Part shown: piece by piece, positions 8,850-20,000 of the stretch
How positions within the stretch are numbered: the first letter of the stretch is position 1
Layout: each line of letters begins with the position of its first letter
Origin: an uncultured Gammaproteobacteria bacterium
GTDB taxonomy: Bacteria; Patescibacteriota; Microgenomatia; CAYQLK01
NCBI GenBank assembly: GCA_964404855.1
Contig: CAYOLO010000001.1
Coordinates: 297,322 to 361,321, forward strand
Direction: 5' to 3'
Length of the DNA stretch: 64,000 nucleotides
Position numbers and translations under genes: made by a program
Notes under the pieces: generated by a model
What the model was told of the DNA's origin: nothing
Databases searched by the model: none
The model's input: the letters and a program-made list of their open reading frames with translations, nothing else

Positions 8850-11558
8850 ATGGTTAGAGTAATAGATAGTGTAGTAAATGACGAGAACGAAATTGCCCAT
8901 TCGATTGAGGGTTCTGTTGCAAACCCATTTGAACAATTAACACAAGAGGAGCTAGATCTTATAGGCTTGTCAGAAATATACGACAATGCCAAATTAGAAA
9001 CTATCAAAGAAACTTATAATTCTAGATTTGCTAGATCAAGAAACATTTTCAGAACATCAAAATTAAGTAATTTTTCCGAGCGTACTAAAGCTAAAGGTAA
9101 GAAAATGGCTTTTAGATCTGGAACCGCTTTTGTACTAAATTATTCCGCAGATGCTTTAAGTATTGTTCCTGTCACAGTACCGGGCGCTATTGTTGCGTCA
9201 ACGGTTGCTGGTGCGTTGGGTACTGGTTATGACAGTTTTATTAATAAACAAACATTCCACAAACTTTTTGGATATTCACAAACACAAGAATTTTTGACCG
9301 CTAAGTCAACTTTAGAACCGGATGCCTTAAAAGGCAGAAAAAGAGAATACAGAGATTTAATCGAAAGATTAGATGATGCCGATTATGCTGGTCGAGCTGA
9401 TGTTGAAGCCGATTTGGCTGAGGTTAAAAAATTAATTCGAGCCGTTGAAGATGGAATGATTTATAACGCTAGATCCTCTGTAGAGGTGAAAGTGACATCT
9501 GATAAGACTGCAGCGAATAAAGGTTGGATTGAAGTTGATGGTCTTAATGATGGTTTGGTTTATTTATACGAACAAAAAAGAAAACTTACCGGTAAATTAG
9601 TTGAATTTGAAGACGATTTTGAAGCAAAAAGAGATATTTTGCTTGGACTAATGCCAAGTGATATTGCAAAACAAAAAGACAAAGTTATTGAAGATGTAGT
9701 CGCTGAAAGAATTCAAACTCTTAAATCTCGAATTAAATCTAGACAAAACCGTATGTGGGTTGGTGAAACTGTAGCTTCTACAGCTTTATCTGTTACAGGT
9801 GGTTTGATTGTAGGTAAGTGGGTAGAAAGAAGTTTGGGTTGGGGTGAGGAAATCGCAAAAGCGACAAAATCAAGCCTGAATCAATATTTTGAATATAACA
9901 AAGATTTATTTATTGAAAACCCTGTGGCTTTTAAAGGTACTTTGTTATCTGTGGCTGATACTCATATTGCTGATCAAATCGACAAAGTTTTATCTGAAGA
10001 ACTCGATAAGCTAACCAAGGAAGAATTAAGTTTAAAAGAATTTGCAGAATTTAAGGGAATTACTGATGGTAGCCAGTTTAGGCCAATTTATGAGTCAGAA
10101 TTTTTGAATAATGCTGATTCTAATCAAATTAAATCCCTAATAAATGCAGCTGGAGAAGCTGATTTGGATACAACAGAAGGTGCAATTGATTTTGTTACAG
10201 CATCAGGAATGGACAGGTTTGCGGTTGATGTGGAGGCTAATTTGCCGATATTAACTATTTTTGAAGAAAAAGAGATTGCTACAGGAGATGAAATGGTTTC
10301 TTTAATGAAAAGAAATCCTAGAGTTTTTGGTGATCTTGATCAGAGATATATTGGTGATGTTAAGTATTTTGATGCTATTTCAAGAATGCCAAAAGAAGAT
10401 TTGGATAAATATATCCAAAGTTTTGGTGATTTGGAGCAAGGCAATTACACTGCTGAGGCTGCTGTTAAAAAACTTGAGTTTTTGGCTTCACAAGCTGATG
10501 TTTCTTACGAAGAAAGATTAGTTAGAGTACCTATTGTAGAAAATTATCAAGTTGTTAGTGGTGATAGTGTTTATCAAATTCTTGAGAAAAATAATATTGC
10601 TCTTGATAGTCCCGAGTCAGTTAAATTTGTTTCTGACAACAGAGAATCATTACTGATTACTGCGTCGCAATTTGGTAATGAAGATGATCTTAATCAGATG
10701 TTAGCTAAGATTGATTCTGGTGAAATGGATTCGATTAGTGACGATTTAGCCTTGTCTGGTCGAGCTTTGCATTGGATTAATACTGGTGACCAGTTTTCAA
10801 TACAAACAGGGTTTGAGGAAAGAGTCGAAAGAGTAGCGATAGGAGAAAAGCCTGCGTGGCTTACACCTATTGAAGCTCCAAAAATAAGCGAAGTTCCAGT
10901 TAATGGTCCTGAAACAGAACACATTGTTACTGCTGAAAAGATTATTGACCTAAGAAATAGTCATATTCCAGAAAAATTAGAGATATCCAGTATTGGATTA
11001 TCTACTGACGTTAATGAGGTTGCTAGTTTGAGTAACGTTGATTACCCATACTTAAACAGAGATTTTGTTGGACATATGGCCGAAACAGGTGCCATGGGGT
11101 ATGACGATTGGCCAAACAAAAATATGATTATTGGAGGACACGTAAGTTACCAAGGTAATCCTGCTGTTTTTTATAATCTTCACAAAGTTCAAGGCGGGGA
11201 AGTAATCAAAATAACTGACGTATCCGGTCGTGAGACTTTATACAAAATCAGAAGCATGGAAATAGTTCACGAGTCAGAAATTGGTCAGAGAGTAGGGCTT
11301 GCTTCCAATGATGAAATCCTTACTTTAATTACATGTCAGTACAATCAAAACGAAAATAAGATAGTTGTGGTTGCAGACAAGTGGAATCCAACTGTCGCTA
11401 CGACTGATGAGGATAAATTAGCTCAAATTAGAAGCCAATTAGCTGCAGTTAAACAAGTTTTTGATTTTTCTGAAGCAACTCCAGAGGTAACAAAAACTAC
11501 AAGTAATATAGCTGATCTTAAAAAGTTTAGAGATCAAATTTTGAGTAAAGTAGCCTAA
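8850..11558 (+). CDS. 902-aa protein made of a large N-terminal domain of unknown function (two hydrophobic hairpins) fused to a C-terminal class-A-like sortase domain
   Basis: The C-terminal ~170 aa match SrtA: IIGGHV (His), GGEVIKITDVSGRETLYKI, and LTLITCQYNQNENK (TLxTC catalytic Cys). Upstream there are two hydrophobic segments (residues ~90-125 and ~300-325). Confidence 0.75.
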   Translation: MVRVIDSVVNDENEIAHSIEGSVANPFEQLTQEELDLIGLSEIYDNAKLETIKETYNSRFARSRNIFRTSKLSNFSERTKAKGKKMAFRSGTAFVLNYSADALSIVPVTVPGAIVASTVAGALGTGYDSFINKQTFHKLFGYSQTQEFLTAKSTLEPDALKGRKREYRDLIERLDDADYAGRADVEADLAEVKKLIRAVEDGMIYNARSSVEVKVTSDKTAANKGWIEVDGLNDGLVYLYEQKRKLTGKLVEFEDDFEAKRDILLGLMPSDIAKQKDKVIEDVVAERIQTLKSRIKSRQNRMWVGETVASTALSVTGGLIVGKWVERSLGWGEEIAKATKSSLNQYFEYNKDLFIENPVAFKGTLLSVADTHIADQIDKVLSEELDKLTKEELSLKEFAEFKGITDGSQFRPIYESEFLNNADSNQIKSLINAAGEADLDTTEGAIDFVTASGMDRFAVDVEANLPILTIFEEKEIATGDEMVSLMKRNPRVFGDLDQRYIGDVKYFDAISRMPKEDLDKYIQSFGDLEQGNYTAEAAVKKLEFLASQADVSYEERLVRVPIVENYQVVSGDSVYQILEKNNIALDSPESVKFVSDNRESLLITASQFGNEDDLNQMLAKIDSGEMDSISDDLALSGRALHWINTGDQFSIQTGFEERVERVAIGEKPAWLTPIEAPKISEVPVNGPETEHIVTAEKIIDLRNSHIPEKLEISSIGLSTDVNEVASLSNVDYPYLNRDFVGHMAETGAMGYDDWPNKNMIIGGHVSYQGNPAVFYNLHKVQGGEVIKITDVSGRETLYKIRSMEIVHESEIGQRVGLASNDEILTLITCQYNQNENKIVVVADKWNPTVATTDEDKLAQIRSQLAAVKQVFDFSEATPEVTKTTSNIADLKKFRDQILSKVA

Positions 11559-11588
11559 CTATTATCTATTGTAAATAACCTATAGTAC

Positions 11589-11617
11589 TTGACAAAAGGT
11601 TATTATTAATATATAAT
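11589..11617 (+). promoter_or_regulatory. consensus promoter TTGACA-17-TATAAT
   Basis: ttgaca at 11589-11594, tataat at 11612-11617. Confidence 0.55.
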
Positions 11618-11674
11618 TGTTAGGCAATAATATATGCCAGTTTGTAATACAAAGTTTTACTCTGATATATATTG

Positions 11675-11703
11675 TTGACAAAATAAAAACAGGTGTTTAT
11701 TAT
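11675..11703 (+). promoter_or_regulatory. second tandem promoter TTGACA-17-TATTAT
   Basis: ttgaca at 11675-11680, tattat at 11698-11703. Confidence 0.45.
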
Positions 11704-11730
11704 CCTGTAGTTACTAGTTATAAAACATAA

Positions 11731-13068
11731 ATGAAACTAAACAAAAAGGCGACATTTTTAACTTTAACCGGACTAGTTGTAATGTCTGGAATTTTCCCTA
11801 TGATTGGCGGCTTTGCTGCTGGTAACCCTAATTTGACTCTTGAACAAAGAGTTAAGAACTATGGCAATGGGCACGAGTCTTTAAACGAAAGCCCGTTTAG
11901 CTTTACACAAGCTGGAGCGGTTCCTAATGATTTCATGCAATATATAGTCACACTTGAAAATTCAGGTGATGACGCTAATAACGTTAAAGTAAAGGTTAAC
12001 TTGCCTGACGAAACAGTCGTGGGTAAGAAAGCTGCAGTTTACGTGGTTGGTTCAGCTGGGTTTGATATTGGTCCGGCTGTAGTTGGTGCAACTTCAATCA
12101 AATATTTTGACGATAACTCTGAAATAACTCCTGCTGGAAGCGATTCAGACGGACGAGATGAAAGAGTAGATTCTATTGAGTTTGCATTAGAAAAAGTTCC
12201 TTCTGGAACTGTTGGATCAACTGATCGTGAAATTAAGATTCAATACTCAGTTAGAATGGCTAAAGATATTGGTGAGTCAGTCGTTAACGACGCTAATGCA
12301 TCTGTTAGCTTGACCTCAACTGAAGTATCAAATGTATCTGGTAACGAAGTTCACACAAAATTATCAGGCAAACCTGAGTTTAAGACCGCTTCTGATACCT
12401 TTAAGGTTCAGGCTGGTCCAAGCGAAGAGTCTGATGATTGGAAAAATGATTCAGTCGAAATTGATCCTGAGTCTGACGCATTCTTAGGTGTTTGGGTAAA
12501 GAACTTATTCCACAACACGACTGCTAATAACCCAGTAATTGAGGTTACTTGGCCACAAGAATACAAGAACGAACACACATTGACAGCTACAATTAGCGGT
12601 TCTAATGTGTCGAGTGTCAGTGATACAGTTAAAGTTAAGATCAAGAACGGTCAAGTTAATAAGCTTGAAGTGATTGATGGTAGCTTGATGTATCAGAACT
12701 ACAATAGCCAATCAATTGGCGCAACTATTACTAAGACTGCTAATGGTTTTAGAGTGGCTGCTAATGACTCAATTGTTGGAGGTAATGCAAATGTAACCTT
12801 AGTTAATGCTCACTTAAGAGCAGTTAAACAAGGTACTACCACGACTACAACTAAAGAAAAAGTAGTTGAGAAAGAGTTTATTACTGAAAAAGTAGAAAAG
12901 AGAGTTGTTATTACTGAACTTCCTAAGACCGGTCCTGAAATATTTGGTCTGATTGGTGCTATGGGAGCAATCCCAGGCGGACTATTCTTAAGAAAGTTTA
13001 AGAGTAAAAAGAACGACTTTATCTCTTTTGGTCACGAAGTAGTAAAGAGAAACAACAAAAGAAAATAA
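11731..13068 (+). CDS. LPXTG (LPKTG) cell-wall-anchored surface protein with a DUF11/CARDB-like repeat domain
   Basis: Signal peptide MKLNKKATFLTLTGLVVMSG. The C-terminus is LPKTG, then a hydrophobic stretch PEIFGLIGAMGAIPGGLFL, then RKFKSKK. An internal YIVTLENSGDDANNVKVKVNLPDE motif resembles DUF11. Confidence 0.8.
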   Translation: MKLNKKATFLTLTGLVVMSGIFPMIGGFAAGNPNLTLEQRVKNYGNGHESLNESPFSFTQAGAVPNDFMQYIVTLENSGDDANNVKVKVNLPDETVVGKKAAVYVVGSAGFDIGPAVVGATSIKYFDDNSEITPAGSDSDGRDERVDSIEFALEKVPSGTVGSTDREIKIQYSVRMAKDIGESVVNDANASVSLTSTEVSNVSGNEVHTKLSGKPEFKTASDTFKVQAGPSEESDDWKNDSVEIDPESDAFLGVWVKNLFHNTTANNPVIEVTWPQEYKNEHTLTATISGSNVSSVSDTVKVKIKNGQVNKLEVIDGSLMYQNYNSQSIGATITKTANGFRVAANDSIVGGNANVTLVNAHLRAVKQGTTTTTTKEKVVEKEFITEKVEKRVVITELPKTGPEIFGLIGAMGAIPGGLFLRKFKSKKNDFISFGHEVVKRNNKRK

Positions 13069-13077
13069 ATTATAAAC

Positions 13078-13166
13078 TTCTAGGGTTTCACCCCTAGAAG
13101 CTGGGTGCTTCAAGTTGGGCAGGCTTGAGCATCCAGTTTGTAGGGGTGAAATAAAAAGGATTTTTA
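13078..13166 (+). terminator. structured 3' region (nested hairpins) after the LPXTG gene; a probable terminator or a small structured RNA
   Basis: cttctaggg(tttcac)ccctagaag hairpin. The distal taggggtgaaa is complementary to tttcaccccta, and an A/T tract follows. Confidence 0.35.
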
Positions 13167-13282
13167 GAATAACTATTGACAGATAGTGTACGAAATGTTT
13201 ACGATGTGGGCAGTTCCCCTTTGGAAATAGATTCATAAAAGTCATTTTTGGTTTCAAAAAATACCTTTTCCTAAATAAATAA

Positions 13283-14593
13283 ATGAACGAAACAAATAAT
13301 AAGTCAGGTGATGAGCCTGTGAAATCAGTAAATACGCCTGTAGTTAGGTCTGTGCAAACTATGCCTCAAGCTAGAAGGGTTGTACAGCCAATGGTAAGGC
13401 GTGTGGTAAATGGTGCGCCACAGCAAGCTCCTCACATGGGTCAACCTGTCATGCGTCCAATGTCTGGACTTAATCCTGCAGAAGAAATCAAAGGTTACCT
13501 TGATGTTAGTTATAACGGAGATGGGCATGGTTTTATTAGGCCAAAATTTAGACCATCTGATAAAGATGTTTATATTGCCCCGTCTCAAATAAGACGATTA
13601 GGTCTTAGACCTGGAGATTTTGTTGAAGGACAGGGTAGATCACCAAAAGAAAACGAAAGATATTATAGTTTGATATCAATAGATACAGTTAATGGTAACA
13701 AGTCTGAGCCTGTGAAAAAAAGGAGAAAGTTTGCAGATTTGACTGCATTGTATCCAGATAAACAACTTGTACTCGAAACAGGTAAATCCCCACTATCTAC
13801 CAGAGTTATCGATTTAGTCGCGCCAATTGGCAGAGGACAAAGAGGAATGATAGTATCGCCTCCAAAAGCTGGAAAGACCACGATTTTGAAAGAAATTGCT
13901 CACGGAATTACCCAAAATTATAAAGATATTCATTTAATGGCAGTATTAATTGGTGAAAGACCAGAAGAAGTAACTGATATAACGAGATCTGTAAAAGGGG
14001 AAGTTGTATCGAGTAACTTTGATGAGCCGGCCGAAGACCAGTGTAGGGTCGCAGAAATTGCCTTAGAACGCGCCAAGAGATTGGTTGAAGAAGGTAGAGA
14101 TGTAGTTATACTTCTCGACTCAATTACTCGTCTTGCAAGGGCTTACAATCTGTCAGTTCCACCATCAGGTAGAACACTATCCGGTGGATTTGATCCAGCA
14201 GCATTGTATCCACCAAAAAGGTTTTTTGGTGCAGCTAGAAATTGTGAAGAAGGTGGAAGTTTGACTGTAATAGCTACGGCATTAGTTGATACTGGCTCAA
14301 GAATGGATGATTTGATTTTTGAAGAGTTCAAAGGTACGGGTAATATGGAACTTTCGCTTGATCGTAGAATTGCAGAAAGAAGAGTGTTTCCAGCTATTGA
14401 TGTGGAGAAATCAGGCACAAGACAAGAACATTTGCTCTTTGATGAGTCGATGTATAAGCAGATAATTACTCTCAGAAGAATGCTATCTGTACTTAATGAT
14501 GAAGAGAGAACTTCGGTTTTGGTCGAAAGACTAGCAAAAACGAATGACAACAAAGAATTTTTGAATGGATTACCAAATTCTGAGGGGAAATAA
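13283..14593 (+). CDS. rho: transcription termination factor Rho
   Basis: CSD-like RNA-binding region GYLDVSYNGDGHGFIRP, Walker A GQRGMIVSPPKAGKTT, and the Rho C-terminal ATPase region. Confidence 0.9.
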   Translation: MNETNNKSGDEPVKSVNTPVVRSVQTMPQARRVVQPMVRRVVNGAPQQAPHMGQPVMRPMSGLNPAEEIKGYLDVSYNGDGHGFIRPKFRPSDKDVYIAPSQIRRLGLRPGDFVEGQGRSPKENERYYSLISIDTVNGNKSEPVKKRRKFADLTALYPDKQLVLETGKSPLSTRVIDLVAPIGRGQRGMIVSPPKAGKTTILKEIAHGITQNYKDIHLMAVLIGERPEEVTDITRSVKGEVVSSNFDEPAEDQCRVAEIALERAKRLVEEGRDVVILLDSITRLARAYNLSVPPSGRTLSGGFDPAALYPPKRFFGAARNCEEGGSLTVIATALVDTGSRMDDLIFEEFKGTGNMELSLDRRIAERRVFPAIDVEKSGTRQEHLLFDESMYKQIITLRRMLSVLNDEERTSVLVERLAKTNDNKEFLNGLPNSEGK

Positions 14594-14756
14594 TTTTTCT
14601 TAAATTCTAATTTTTCTAAATATTAAATAAATTGACTTTAGCCTATTAGATTAGGTTTTTTTCATGAAATTATGTGTTAGCAGAGCGGGGTGCAAAATTG
14701 ACAATATGCTCTATTTTTGTTAAAAGTGTGCAGGAATTTTTTTTTACTTAAAACAC

Positions 14757-15872
14757 ATGCATAAAAGAGAATTATCGAATTGGGACTTACTCATTCTTTA
14801 TTTTAACAGCCTTAAAAGGTGGTTTTTTACGCGTACTCACACATCGGGAATGTTGTTTGAAAACAGAAAATCGTCAGTAATTGGCCTGCTTTTGTGGAAG
14901 AGGGGTAAATACGGCAGATATGCTGTGCATCTTGGGGTGTTTATGCTTATTTTAATCAGTATTGTGTCTAGTGGAATTGTCGGTAATGCGCAGATTGTGT
15001 CGGGATCCTATCCTGGTATTCCTGTAAATCCTTTGGTTTCAGCCGCTTCACAAGACGAGGTTGAGGTTCAAGCTGTGGCTGAACAGCTTAATCCGGTTAC
15101 AATTATTTCAGAAAAACCAAGAGATAAAGTAATTGAACACGAAGTGTTGTCTGGAGAAACATTAAGTAAAATTGCTGAGAAGTATGGTGTCTCGGTCGAA
15201 ACGATTAAGTGGGAGAATAATATTCTAAGTGATTCTGCTTTAAAAACAGGAACAAAGGTAAGAATTCTTCCTGTTTCTGGTATTGCGCACAAGATTAAAG
15301 AGGGTGACACAATTTATTCAGTCGCAAAAAAGTATAAGGCTGAAGCTCAGGCTGTTTTGGACTTTCCATTCAATAACATTGGTGACAATTTAGCTCTTAG
15401 TATTGGAGACACATTGATTGTTCCTGATGGAACACCTGTTGAGGCGCCAAAATCTAGACCAACACAGTATTTGGCCAGCAAAGACGCAAATCTTCCACCA
15501 ATTACTGGTGGAGGGCAATTCGCTATGCCGACTACGGGTGGATTTTCTCAATACTATTCTTGGTATCACCCAGGTATAGATATAGCTAACCGAGCTTCAC
15601 CTCAGGTTCAGGCTTCTGATGGAGGAAAAGTTATTGTTGCTGGTTTTGTTGACAGTTCAGGATATGGAAATAGAGTCATAATCGATCACGGAAATGGCTA
15701 CCAAACCTTGTACGCACATTTGTCTGCTAATTATGTAGCCGTTGGGCAGAATGTGGCTAAGGGGCAGGTTATTGGCCAAATGGGTTCGACCGGTCGTTCC
15801 ACAGGTACACATCTTCATTTTGAAATTAGAAATAATGGTAGACAGCTAAATCCGCTGTCGTTTGTTAAATAA
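14757..15872 (+). CDS. LysM x2 + M23 family peptidoglycan endopeptidase
   Basis: Two LysM repeats (HEVLSGETLSKIAEKYGV and IKEGDTIYSVAKKYK) and C-terminal M23 motifs HPGIDIA...HLHFEI. The true start may be an internal Met (MLFENRK, ~14850) that gives an N-terminal TM. Confidence 0.8.
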   Translation: MHKRELSNWDLLILYFNSLKRWFFTRTHTSGMLFENRKSSVIGLLLWKRGKYGRYAVHLGVFMLILISIVSSGIVGNAQIVSGSYPGIPVNPLVSAASQDEVEVQAVAEQLNPVTIISEKPRDKVIEHEVLSGETLSKIAEKYGVSVETIKWENNILSDSALKTGTKVRILPVSGIAHKIKEGDTIYSVAKKYKAEAQAVLDFPFNNIGDNLALSIGDTLIVPDGTPVEAPKSRPTQYLASKDANLPPITGGGQFAMPTTGGFSQYYSWYHPGIDIANRASPQVQASDGGKVIVAGFVDSSGYGNRVIIDHGNGYQTLYAHLSANYVAVGQNVAKGQVIGQMGSTGRSTGTHLHFEIRNNGRQLNPLSFVK

Positions 15873-15894
15873 AAATTTTAGATTGGAGAAATAG

Positions 15895-16872
<978 letters not shown>

Positions 16873-16956
16873 GAATTAAATTCCTAATTGGTTTTGATGG
16901 TAGAGAAGTAGTGAGGTAATTTTGTAAAATTGCCGTTTGCTATGTGTTATTTATTC

Positions 16957-17029
16957 GGGCCCATAGCTCAGTTGGTAGAGCGCTCCCATGGCATGGGAGA
17001 GGTCAGGAGTTCGAGTCTCCTTGGGTCCA
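16957..17029 (+). tRNA. tRNA-Ala (anticodon GGC)
   Basis: Cloverleaf read by hand: acceptor gggccca/tgggtcc with the G3:U70 Ala identity pair, anticodon loop atGGCat, T-arm aggag-ttcgagt-ctcct. No encoded CCA. Confidence 0.8.
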
Positions 17030-17091
17030 CTTGTGTATTTGAGCTAGGTTTTGGATTAACTTACTTCTTGTTAACTATTTATATTGACGAC

Positions 17092-20000
17092 CTAGTTGAG
17101 GCTAAGCTCTTGGTTGATGATTAGATAGCTGACGGTCAGGTCTACTGTTTGAACTTGGGCAAGTTTAACCCTAAACCCTATACCAGCTAGTTTTTCTGTG
17201 ACGCTAACGGCAACTGGTAGATCTCCTTCGACTGTGAGCAGAATGATTGAGTTCTCGGTCACAGCAGTTGTTTCGACGTCAAATAGGTCGTATCCACTGG
17301 TTAAGAGTGTGTTGCCGGCGATGCGGTTGAGCGGATTTTCCTCGTCACCTTTAACTGTAATAGTACTGACTGTGAGGTCTTTAGTTTCGAGCTTGGCTAT
17401 TTTGACCAAACCTTCGGTGTCAATTACAAGTGATCCTCTGAGTAGGTCAAGTCCGCCAGAAGTTGGTAAGTTTTGTAGGTATAGAGTGCCTGATAGCACA
17501 TTTAATTGGCTGCCGAGACCGTCTGCGGTGGTATCGAGGGTAAATATTCCGTCCTGACTTAAACTTCCAGCAATATTAGTGTTACTTAGTGAGACTGAAT
17601 TGAGGAATTCAACTTCGTCTTTGAAAGTTGCTTGTTGTTCGACTGTTAGATTAATAACTGTTAAATCTTGAGGTTCTTGGTTTTCAAGCTCAGCTGATTG
17701 ACTAGATTCTGGTTGCGCACTTTCTGAGGCGCCAAGTACGGCAGACGAAGAGGCGATAGCGTCGGTAATCATCTTATCTATTTCTTCCCTAGTAATCGGA
17801 CCTTGGGCTTCTACTTGTTGGTTATTAGGAGTAACTTCGGAGTTTTCTTCACCATCGATACTGCCGTTGATGCCAATTAGAAGTTTGAGATTTTCTTCAG
17901 ATAATGTTGTTTGTCCAATGGTTATGGAATCATTAGCAACGATGTTCGTAGCTTCAATAATATCTTGGATTTGAGTTATTTCTGAGAGTATTTCTTCTTC
18001 AGTGAATTCTGTTTCTTCGCTTGTGGAATAGTTTGGAGCTTCCCCTGGGACAAATCCTCGTCCGTCTTGTTTGTTGGCAACATTGCCCCATTTTTCGTGA
18101 TCAAAACGAGGCGCGGTAAGACGATATGAGATTTCACAGTTACAGTTGCCGAAGATAGTTAAACGATTATTGGCTGGATCTCTTTCGTACCAGACTTTGG
18201 CGCGGCTGTCGTTAGCACTAAGAAGTACGACTAAGTCCTTCATATTTTGCCCAAAATCGGTGATTCGGTAGAAAAGCCCTAGGTCGCTTGAAGTTTCAAG
18301 TTCTGGGAAGTTGATTTGATATGAGAAGTTGCCAGTTGAACCCTCTGGGCGAGTAAGATTGGCAACGCCAGTTGTTTCTTCTTTTTGACCAGTCATAGAA
18401 GCTACATAAGTAGCGTATTTGGTACCATCGATGAAATATGGCGGGTCGATTGTTCCAAAGTCAACTTTAAGAGTTCCGTCGCCAAAGTTGATTTCTCCGT
18501 TGGTTGGGTCGTTACTCTGGATTACTGATCCATTGGTAAGGGTAATTGTTGAGGCAACCGGTGACGATTCCAATACAAAATGACTGTCTTCAGTCGCGCT
18601 GTTATTATTGCGACCTCCGAGATAGGAAGCTGATGTGTCTCTGACCCATCCCCATGCAGAGCTTGTGGTGGTGGTACAACTAGCACCAACACCATCGTTT
18701 TGACCTGCAACTTGAAGGACATATTTGGAGCCTGCTTGGACTAAGACTGGGGTCGTTAAGACAAATCTGGCCCAAGTAACCGCGCTACCGATATTTAATG
18801 TTTGGTAAGGTCCAGCGAGTAGTGTTCCAGCGCCATCTGAACCGTTTTCGTCATATATACAAACTGAAGCTTCCTCGGTTGCGCCCGCCATACTTATTTT
18901 GGCTTGGACGGTAGATAGATAAATATCAGCGGCTGGAGTGAAGGATTGGGTTTTTACAGCTGTAGCTGAGTTAACTGTGGTTGAGTTGCTAAAGAATCCA
19001 TGGTTGGTGTTTTTTGAGGCCTCCATAGTGAATAGGTAATCAGTCGAGGCGCTGGCTTCTGAGCGACCGCCTGAGTAAATATCAGAAGCAGAAACCGCCC
19101 ATTGCCAAGCTGATGAGGTAGTGGTGGTACATCCTGCGCCGACACCTGTGTTTTGTAGGGCAATTTGAAGAACGTATTTATTATTTCCAAGTAGCGGTAC
19201 GGCTGTGTTAAATGAGAATCTAACATGGCTTATTGTTGATGAAATATTGAGTGTTTGATTAGACATGGCAATTAGTGTGCCTGGGGCATCAGAGTTGTTG
19301 TCATAAATACAAGCAACAGCTTCTTCTGTACCGTTAGTTGATAAAATTTTTGCAACCACAGCAGTAACAGACATTGGGGTGTCTGGGGTGAATGATTGAT
19401 ATTTGGCTGTAGTGTCACTAGTACCGCTGGTGGCAGAGTTGATGATTGCGACACCAGTACCAGAGATGTCTGCGTAAATAGCACCTGTTGCAGAGAATAT
19501 TTCGCCACCGTCTGAGTTGGCGGTATCAAGAATTCTAAGAAGGTTGTTTGTTCCGTCGCGGAAGTTGAATATGCCGTTGTTAGCAACATCAATATTAAGA
19601 GTAGAAGCAGTTGTTGTGATGTCTCCACCGTTAACTGCCACATCGCTAGCGGTTGTAATCAGACCAGCTGTAGAAATACTCCAGTTATCGTCCGTAATTG
19701 AAAGGTTGGTGGTGCTGGCTGAACCTATTGTAATTGTGTTAGCAACTGCGCCGGTTCCAATTTGCACAGTTTTGGCGTTTGTGGCGCCAGTGGCAATTTG
19801 CACTGTTGTTGCTCCAGTGCCAGAGCCAATCGCTACGGTGTTTGTACCACTAGATTGGCCTAAAGTTAATAATCCGGTTTGGGCTGTACCTCCAAAGGTC
19901 ATAGTGCCAGTTGTGGTGCTAGCGCCAACTGTATATGTGGTTCCTGCAACACCATCTAAAGTAAAGTTACCACTACCTGCTCTGAGGTTAAGTGCGTTAG

